Shown one piece after another: positions 54,722-64,000 of a stretch of DNA of 64,000 nt. A program made the translations under genes and the position numbers. The notes beneath the pieces were generated by a model. It was not told the origin of the DNA. It did not search any database and saw nothing but the letters and a program-made list of their open reading frames with translations. This stretch comes from Octopus bimaculoides (taxonomy: Eukaryota), in the NCBI RefSeq assembly GCF_001194135.2, contig NC_068985.1:106663102-106727101 (forward strand), in the 5' to 3' direction. The stretch's first letter is position 1. Every line of letters begins with the position of its first letter.

Positions 54722-54872
54722 TATCATCATCATCATCGTTTAACGTCCGCTTTCCATGCTAGCATGGGTTGGACGATTTGACTGAGGACTGGTGAAACCG
54801 GATGGCAACACCAGGCTCCAATCTAATTTGGCAGAGTTTCTACAGCTGGATGCCCTTCCTAACGCCAACCAC
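54722..54872 (-). mobile_element. RTE 3'-tail fragment
   Basis: (atc)n-gtttaacgtccgctttccatgctagcatgggttggacg…ctacagctggatgcccttcctaacgccaacca. Confidence 0.8.
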
Positions 54873-55562
54873 TATATATGTATATATATATATATAAACT
54901 CTTACTCATACTACCAAGAGGTCTAATGGAGATAAGCAGTAAAAACTATGTTTTAGTAATATGAAATATATTTTAAGTAGTAACCATTTAATGATAAGCT
55001 GAAATATAGTGTAATACACTGTAAACATTGCATCAAATATGATTTAATGTAATACGGACAAAATTTAATAATATTGGTAAAATGTTAAGGTCATTTGTCA
55101 AGCAGTGTGAGCACTGGATGCAATACATGATATTTTTAAATGTACAAATTTGTATTCAGAGTTGTAATGAGGTTTTATGGACCTTGTAATTTATTCAGAG
55201 ATGGTTGCTATTATGTCTTATAGGTTGCGTTGTGGTTTGCTCAGATAGTACTGTTTTGAATTGTTTATGTCATCTTGTATGAAGTTTTATAGGGCTTGTC
55301 ATTTATACAGAGGTGACTGAGAGAGGGCTTACTGCAAATTTCTTGCCAAACTATTCTAATACAAAGAGTAATGCTGACAGTGAAAGATTGTAATTAAAGC
55401 ATAAGGCTGCACACTTGGAAAAATCAATGTCTCATTCATTATGACAATAAGCTGTATACACACACACACACATCCACTCACATACATTGTTATACATATC
55501 TATATATATATCCCTCTCACTCTCTGGGAGAGAGGAACAAGCACATACACAGACATATACAA

Positions 55563-55716
55563 ACACGGCAGTACCTTCCGCCTACCAAATTCAATCACAA
55601 AGCTTCGGTCGGCTCGGGGCTATAGCAGAAAACACTTGCTCAAGGTGCCACGCGGTGGGACTGAACCCGAAACCATGTAGCTGGGGAGCAAGCTTCCTAA
55701 CCACACAGCCATGCCA
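55563..55716 (-). mobile_element. tRNA-derived SINE, family A, relatively young copy
   Basis: The minus strand shows A-box TGGCTGTGTGG and B-box GGGTTCAGTCC. CpGs are retained. Homologous to the other family A copies listed. Confidence 0.85.
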
Positions 55717-56829
55717 TATATATATATATATCAATGTAAATTTTACATCTGTAACCTTCCTGTTTGTTGTAAAATGAATAGCAAAATCTAAATTATTCTA
55801 ATTTCAATACTTTCATAAAAATGTTATTTTTGATGATCAACTTCCAGTGCTTCATCAGGAACCCTACTGCACATCTCACAATGAGCTCAACTCTTCTTTT
55901 AACTCTCACTATACTAGGTTATTTGTATGACTAAAGATGACAATGGGTCTCTTCAGTTTACCATACCTTGCTTCTAGGGTAACTAGGGATGTTGTTGAGT
56001 CTATAAGACCCTCTCTCTCCAATACTCAACATTTCCTTTTCTCATATTCATCACATTAACTCATTCATCCATCTTGAGGCAAATACATAAAGGACCCCAT
56101 CATGTACCACATACACTTTACTGTAATCCTATATATATTCTCCCTCCCAGTCATTTGTATCAACATCCATCATTCATTCATTTATCAATCCCTTACTATC
56201 TATTACTCTATCATTCTTATTTTCTCTAAGGCTAGTGCCCTTATAAAATACACCCAGTACTTTCTGTTAAGTATAGGGTCCACAGGACCCTTTATCTTGT
56301 CAAAGATATGACAACTTCTCTAGTACTGGTACCATGAACGCACTGTAAAGTGGTTAAGAGAGATATAATTCTCAATCATTCTCAGGAGAGCAGCAACAAC
56401 CCACCTAACCCATGCCAACATAAAAAAAGCAGGGATTAAATGATGATGATGATGATGATGATGATGATGTTCATGGTTGCATTGTTGAATTATTTGTGCA
56501 TGTGCATTTACTATTAGAAATGTGTATTTGTGTCTGGCTTGGTATGTACATAAGTTTGTGTTCCTTCCAGCATGTGTGCATTTTTTTGTATCATGTCATC
56601 CATCAAAGGAGAAACATTTTTTATCAATTGTTTTTGCACATGTTGATATAACAAGGAACAAAATTCTTGTTTGGAAAATTCCAGGGCTCGAAAATATACT
56701 GGAACTTATTTAACATAAAAAGGGACATACGTTTAAGACTATGCTGTAACATGTTAGTCAAACAGCTTATCACTGAAACATACTTATTTTCTAAACTCAC
56801 AAAGTAAAAACAGATTTTGAATTTTCTAT

Positions 56830-56879
<50 letters not shown>

Positions 56880-57147
56880 TAACACACATGCAAGTGTATA
56901 AACACTGAAGACGGGAGCTCACAATATCATTTGTATTTCATTGTTTAATATTGTTTCCACAATTCCATGTTGACTGATCTGGTATCATGCTTATAAACAA
57001 GTCTGCAATTAATGATCTAGCTATATCTGCTGTACAGACACACTGCTCATAGAAGTGTTTCTTCATAATTGTTCACAAAAACAATATGCAAAAAAAAAAA
57101 AAGTTTGTTTCACCTAAATACAGTACAGTATTCAACATTTAAAGTAG

Positions 57148-57582
57148 GCAGTATCAAGAAATATAATTTTATCAGGAAATAAAAAAAGAGGGAAAAGAAA
57201 CAGAAAGAGATAAAATTTCAGCTCTGTTCAACCTTGACCACATAGCTCATAAATACTATCTGACTGTCTGCTGTGCTTTCATCTATTAATGGGATTGGTC
57301 AAAAACAATTGGGCTATACCTCAACAGTACACATATACTGCCTAATTTTTACATACAGCCAGACAACATATTTCAAGTTTGATGACATAATTGTCCTCAC
57401 TTATTTGCATACATATTCACACATACTTGAACTACATATTTGGATAAACTGATGCACACATGCATAAAAGTGCACGCACATATGTAGTCAAGGTTGAACA
57501 GAGCTAGCGTTTTGTCTTCTTTCTTTTCTCTGTTTTTATTCCTGCCATTTTCCTGATAAAAATATATATTTCTTAGTACTGC
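57148..57582. mobile_element. Older MITE-like element with about 100-bp imperfect inverted arms
   Basis: 57148-57244 (…ttttatcaggaaat…agctctgttcaaccttgaccacata) is inversely matched by 57481-57582 (tatgtagtcaaggttgaacagagct…tttcctgataaaa…agtactgc). Confidence 0.75.
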
Positions 57583-58000
57583 ATATTTTAAATGTTGATA
57601 AAGATACTATATTTAGGTGAAACAGTTAAACTATTCCTGTGCAGTGTTTTTGTAGACAGTTCTGAAGAAACACATATGGATACTGTGTTTGTGCAACTGA
57701 TATGACTAGATCATTAGTTGTGAATATGTTTATAAACATAACACGAGGTAAATCAACATAAAATTGTGGAAACAATATTAAACTATGAAATAAAAACAAT
57801 ATCATGAACTCCAAGCCTCAATGTTTATTGTTTATATTCTAAGGTTAATAAATAATGATTTTTTAGTCACTGGAACAGCACTTTCATAAGGGAATTTCTT
57901 TTCAATTTTCAGATAGCCACTATCCATAGAGATTCTTCCTAAGGTAAATCATACCGACTATATATAATTAAATATATTTTCATAAAGTGTGTATATATAT

Positions 58001-58330
58001 GAAGGCACATGGCTCAGTGGTTAGAGCGTTGAGCTCACAATCATGAGGTGGTGAGTTACATTCCCAGACAGGGATGTGCGTTGTGTTCTTGAGCAAAACA
58101 CTTTATTTCACATTGCTCCAGTCCACTCAGCTGTAGAAATGAGTTGAAATATCACTGGTGCCAAGCTGTTTCAGCATTTGCCGTTATTTTGAAAAACATT
58201 GGTGGTATGGAGAAGAGAGGGTAGCATGCATGGACAACTGCTGGTCTTCCATAAACAGCCTTGCCTGGACTTGTGCCATGGAGGTTAACTTTCTAGGTGC
58301 AATCTCAGGGTCATTCATAACTGAAGGGGG
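58001..58330 (+). mobile_element. tRNA-derived SINE, family B
   Basis: A-box-like tggctcagtggttagagcg, then gtgttcttgagcaaaacactttatttcacattgctccagtccactcagctg. Confidence 0.8.
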
Positions 58331-58974
58331 TCTAATATATATATATATATTGTTTCAACTAGAAAGTAGCATCATTGAGAGACAACAGTATACAACTTTA
58401 CAAAGGAGGTTAAGACTCTATAAAGTGTTCAAATAAACTGCATTGGAGAAAGACAAAAACAATAAATAAAAAAAGAAACCTAGAGTTGAGACAGAGGATA
58501 TCATGATCAGAGTATATCTTAAAATAGAAAATTGTCATAGTTTACATAGGTTACCATGAAGTGTTAGGAAGTTAATAAGCCTGCCAATGCATGCTTACTA
58601 GCTTCCTAACACTACGTAATATATAGGAAAAAATTGCCTAACATAGGGAGGTCTAACAGATTTTTTTTAATGGATATGGAAGCCATAAAGTGTATTACAC
58701 CCAAAATAAGAGTCTCAAAGAACCAAATGTAAACAATGAAAATATAATACATTAGTAGTGTATTATATTGAGCACATTAATGAAATGAAAGCTCTCCACC
58801 TGTAGAAGTAGAGAGAACTAAGTAACATTATGAACAAGTAACTCTGAAATAAGATATCAAATGTAAGAGGTTGTTAGGCCTATGTACACAGTGGATCATT
58901 TGCTGGATCTGTAAATGTAATATGGTCTATGTTGCAATATCTTTAACCCTTTCGTTACTAACCCGGCCGTAGCA

Positions 58975-59270
58975 GGCATAAATCATCTGCATAGTCTGTG
59001 TCACTGATACAATTTTCTGGTCTGTTTTGATTTCTGGCAGTTGCTCTTCACAGTGAAACTGAGATGTTGGTGAACATCTAGGGTGCATCTCATCATGTTG
59101 CCCACAGCGATGATGAAGAAACATGGAGCTAGCATATCTACCTGGAGTACTCCTGCCTTGATTTCTAAAAAGTCAGTTTCCCCATCAGAAGAAAGGACTT
59201 CTGCAAAAGTTTTGGAGTCCATGATGCTGATGGCTTTCACAATCTTCTCAGGAAAGTTCTAAGACAATAT
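58975..59270 (-). mobile_element. Short RT fragment of a second non-LTR (RTE-like) family
   Basis: ORF 59001..59240 with GETDFLEIKAGVLQVDMLAPCFFII, a degenerate GVLQGDxLAPxLF motif. Confidence 0.7.
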
Positions 59271-59354
59271 TTGTAAACTACAGGGGAATTAGTCTTACAC
59301 CAATAGCAGAAAAAAATCTATAATGATGCGGCTGAAGAGAATGAGAACACTACT

Positions 59355-62300
59355 CGATCCGTTACTTTAAAACAACCAGCACCTCGTCCCAGGTCTTCCT
59401 GGTTCTACCTCTTCTACAGGTTCCCTCAACTGCTAGGGTGGGACACATTTTCACACAGCTGTCCTCATTTATTCACAACACATAACCATACCAGCACAGT
59501 CTTTTCTCTTGCACACCACATCTGATGCTTCTTAAATCCAACTTTTCTCTCAAGGCGCTTAAACTCAGTCATGTATGCACACTGACATCACACATCCAGC
59601 GGAGCATACTGGCTTCATTCCTTGCAAGCTTACGCATGCCCTCAGCAGTCACAGCCCATGTTTCATTGCCATGTAGCATGGCTGTTCGTACACATGCATC
59701 ATACAGTCTACCTTTTACTCTGAGCAAGAGGCCCTTTGTCATCAGCAGAAGTAGGAGATCTCTGAACTTTGCCCAGCCTATTTTTATTCTAGCAGCTACA
59801 CTTTCAGAGCATACTGACTCGGTCCCCTAGGTAACAGAAGCTATCAACGATTTGTAGTTTTTTTCCCTGGAATTGTGACAGAAGCTGTTCTCTGCACATT
59901 TTCAGTGTTTATAGCACCTGAGCATTTGCCACATACAAAAACAATCTTCCCAGTTAGCCTTCCTTTGAAGGCTGCACCTCTTATGTGTCCATAGCTTACA
60001 CTGGGTACATCGTATGGAGTTTCTACCTATGCCTTTTCTACAGATCGAGCAGGGCCATCTACCTGAAGGGATTTGTGGTTTGCCTACCTTCCTACTTATT
60101 AAGACTTTGGTTGTAGCTAGGTTGACTCTAAGGCACTTTGATTCTAATCCTTGCTTCCACACCTGAAACTTTTCCTCTAGTTCTGATAATGACTCAGCAA
60201 TTAGAGCAAGGTCATCAGCATAGAGGAGCTCCCAGGAGCATCCTGTCTTCAATTCCTCTGTTATTGCCAGGAGGACTATGATGAATAAGTGGGAGCTGAG
60301 GACTGATCCTTGGTGGACCCCTACTCCTACCCGGAATTCTTCACTGCACTCATTTGCCAACCCTCACCTTACTGACAGTGTCCCTGTAAATGGCTTGCAC
60401 AGCTCTCACTAACCATTCATCTGTCCCTAGTTTCCTCATTGACCACCAGATAAGGGATTGGGGGACCCTGTCAAAGGCTTTCTCCATGTCAACGAAAGCC
60501 AGGTACAGAGGTTTATCCTTGGCTAGGTATTTCTCCTGCAGCTGTCTTACCAGAAATATAGTATCAGTGGTGCTTTTCCTTGGCATGAACCCAAACTGCA
60601 TCTCATCTAGACTGACTTTTTCCCTAATTAGTTGGGCTATGACTCTCTCTGTGACCTTTATTACCTGATCCAACAACTTGATACCTCTGTAATTATTCCT
60701 ATCTAATGCATCACCTTTACCTTTGTAACAGTTGACTATGGTGCTGCTACACCAGTTATTGGGTATGACTCCATATATCACCTGGTTAACTATACGGGTG
60801 ACTAGGCTATAGCTGACACTGCCAGATATTTTGAGCATCTCTGTGGGGATTCCTGATGGAAGCTTTCCCTGTCTTCATACCCTTAATTGCTTTATCTACC
60901 AAGGTACTGTCAATTCGGATAGCTGGTCCCTCTGTTGGGTTAGCATTCATCAGACTCTCTTTCTCCCATTCATTCTCTTTATTTAGCAACCTTTCATAGT
61001 TGTGTCTCTAAACCTCTCTCTTTGCAGCCTTGTTTAATGCAAGTGAACCATCATCCATGTGGACACATTTCTCTCCTACAACATCACGATTCTCTCTCAC
61101 ACACTGTCTTGCAACATGAAATACCTCAGGCTTTTGGTCCTCACGGCGCAGAACATGGGCAAATATTTTCTTATCTGCTTTCCCTCTGGCTAAGTAAACC
61201 TGTCTCCTAGCTTCCCTTCTGGCAGTCTGATACAATTCCCTGCTACCACCGTTCTTCCAGTCCTTCCAAACCTGTTTCTTTTCCCTAATGGCTCTGTCAA
61301 CATTGTTCCACCACTACGTTACCTTGGGTCAAGAGGGGACTTTGCACCATCCACAGATCTGGTCAATGGCCCTCAGCAGGTTGCCCTGTAGAAACCTCCA
61401 GTTGTTTTCCACATTATGTGATGCTATATCCCCCTCTATTTCGTCAAAGGCTTCGAGTAATACATCTCTAAATCTCTGTCTATTCGCAGGATCTTTAAGC
61501 TTCCAGACCCTTCTCATGCATGGTGGATGTCTTCTGGGCATCTGTTTAGCCCTGATCCTGAAGTGGCTAACTATTAGTCTATGTTGTGGGGTACATTCTT
61601 TTCCTAGGAAGGTTTTGGCATTTATAAGCAGCCATCTTTCTCTTTTTATGGTGAGGATGTAATCAATTTGGCTAGTATGTCTACCAGATTGATAGGTGAC
61701 TAGGTGACTAGCAGATTTCCTGAAGATAGTATTGCAAACCATAAGATCATTTGCATCGCAGAACTCCAGTAGACTGGTTCCCTCCTCACTGCGGGAACCA
61801 AAACCATAGCCTCCATGTACGCCATGGAAACCCCCTGAATGTTGTCGAACATATCCATTGAAGTCACCAGCCACAAAGAGAAGGTCCCTGTCATTCATCA
61901 ACGAGGTAGTCTGCAAGAGGGTGTCATAAAATTGATCTTTCTGTCCATCAGGGAGCCCTGCTGAGGGGCACAGGCTGAGATAATGATTGCTAACCCATGA
62001 TGTAGCACTAATCTAATCTTAAGTATTCTATTGCATATTCTGACTACCACGATTACCTTATCAACCCATTTCTCCGCAAGAAGTATACCTACGCCCCTGA
62101 CCCCGTCAGTGTTCCCTGCCCAGAAAATCTTGTACCTGTGTTCTTTGCTTGTGAGGAACCTAGCTGAACCTCCTCTCCACCTTACTTCTTAGATGCGGCA
62201 CAAATGTACACATCTCCGTTCAAGCATCTCAACAATCTCACCAGACCTACCTTTCAGCGTGCCCACGTTGAGTGTCCCAACCCTAAAGGTGTGGGAGGTG

Positions 62301-62430
62301 TGGGCCCGTGAGACCCTGGGATGAGGGACAGCAGCGTCATGTAACTGAAAAGAAAGCTTGCATTTGGCAGAATTCACAAACAAACAATAGCCTTCAACCT
62401 GCATACACTACATCATCATTTTTATGCGCT
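59355..62430 (-). mobile_element. RTE-clade LINE covering APE endonuclease plus RT, decayed by stops and frameshifts
   Basis: 62189..62404 (GTLNVGTLKG), 61329..61916 (VAGDFNG, SQIDYIL, TPQHRLI), 60350..60838 (NYRGIKLL, FVDMEKAFDRVP), 59902..60360 (GVHQGSVLS, YADDLAL). Confidence 0.94.
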
Positions 62431-64000
62431 ATATGATCACTACTTTACATAGGAGATAAACCCTAAGTAGGGGTGAGGATGATGTTAAGCCTTTAGAAGT
62501 GTTCATGGGAGACAACCAAAGGATGACAGAGGANNNNNNNNNNNNNNNNNNNNNNNNNNNNNNNNNNNNNNNNNNNNNNNNNNNNNNNNNNNNNNNNNNN
62601 NNNNNNNNNNNNNNNNNNNNNNNNNNNNNNNNNCATCTGGCCATGTTGTGGGAAAACAATGATATTGGAATACAGCTACACTATTTGGCACACTGAATTT
62701 TATTTTATAGTAGATAAATACAGTTGCCCCATCGGAATCTACTTACCTATGACCAACCACCTCACCCAAAGTAGAACAAAATAGATATTTAATGAAGCCG
62801 CAAAAGTTAAGGATTAAAATTTGCTGTATTTTCATTTGTTGAACCAGCAAATTTATTAATGAAATATTGCACAGATATTGTTAATTTGAAGTTGATGAAG
62901 GATAGGAAACAAAAACAAAACAGGAATCTAATGTCATGTACTAACCCCCTAATCACATTCATTAGACCCTTTCTTGAAACAACTGTGAAGGACATGTATT
63001 TACTTATCCCTTTTTCAAGCTGGGAGACTGTATTCACCATAGTGAAAGCAAAATATTTATTAATTTGCTCTTCAGAAAAAGGGTTTCCTTAGTAAATTAG
63101 TAAGTGGGATTAAATTTTGTTTTAAACATTTACCTCTTTATAGATGGGTACCAGAAGAGTGTTTCCACCTTCTTGATAGTTTACTAATAAACAAATGTGT
63201 ATCATGAAGGCTTGGTAATGCAAAAGTTAATAATAGTCAAAGGAAACTTAAATATCCTCACATGATTGTGTAAATTAAGAGGTACTGGATTATCAGTAGT
63301 GTACTTATACTTAATTACTGGGTTACTGGATGGGAGTCAATTAAAATAACTCTGAATGCTGTGACCCAACATTGTCACAAGCCAAGGAGCCGAAAAATAA
63401 AAATAAATATCTAGAGCAGACCAAAAACTTGGATCCTTATAGTCCCTTATGATCTATGAATTATGCATTACACAGGATAATGTAGCAAATCATAACTTAT
63501 CCTTAAACTTGATGACATCTTGGAAGAACAATGTAAAAGAAAAAACAACATCACAGGATGGTGCTACACTATATTTTGTTTTTAGCATCATGAACTGGAC
63601 TTTGACATCATACCATCAAACTTATCAACCTGACGAACACAGACCTAGGAAAGATTAGTAAACATATTGTAGAGAAACATCATCCCCAGTGTGAAAGATG
63701 TAGCCCATGTTATACCTTAGAATAACACAATTACTGTCAGAGTAGTTCAAGCCTATCTTGAACAGACACAGAGAGGCATTAAGTACTACTATGAAAAAAA
63801 CCTAGATTTAACATTTAATTTTACAAACTCAAATCACTATTCATATCTAAAACTATATGAAGCACCAAGTTACATCCATAAAGACACCAATCACACACAA
63901 AATATATCATCAATAATTAACTTAGCAAATATCTCATGTAAAGCTTTGAAACAAACAAGCTAATGTTTACAGATGTAGTCTAATAATATAAAGTAACCCC

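Noticed and set aside
58943-58975. TTAA-CCCTTTCG piggyBac-like terminus (also AGGG-TTAA at position 1)
   Set aside because: No matching partner end nearby, and too short to call an element.
62740-62760. TAG|GTAAGT recursive-splice-like motif on the minus strand
   Set aside because: No pyrimidine tract, and it is not in the 31.7-kb intron.

Overview
AT-rich, microsatellite-dense eukaryotic genomic DNA with five assembly gaps. The repeat landscape resembles a coleoid cephalopod (Octopus-like); that assignment is from recalled repeat families, not a search. The window holds the middle of a Ca2+/calmodulin-dependent protein kinase II (CaMKII) gene on the minus strand. Five exons are unambiguous, all GT-AG and in continuous frame: 54070-54153, 53148-53242, 21281-21403, 17997-18080 and 10477-10519. 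They cover the C-lobe of the kinase domain and the autoinhibitory/CaM-binding segment, with introns of 827, 31,744, 3,200 and 7,477 bp. A candidate 9-nt microexon (9660-9668) lies in the variable linker. N-terminal kinase exons and hub exons were not found and probably lie outside the window. The introns carry RTE-type LINEs (one spanning nearly the whole EN-RT ORF), a Ty3/Gypsy relic, a DD37D mariner derivative, several MITEs (mariner, Tigger-like, hAT-like), tRNA-derived SINEs and tandem repeats. The most unusual element is a TSD-flanked, head-to-head pair of tRNA-headed repeats whose tails carry degenerate minimal hammerhead ribozyme cores (32019-32439).
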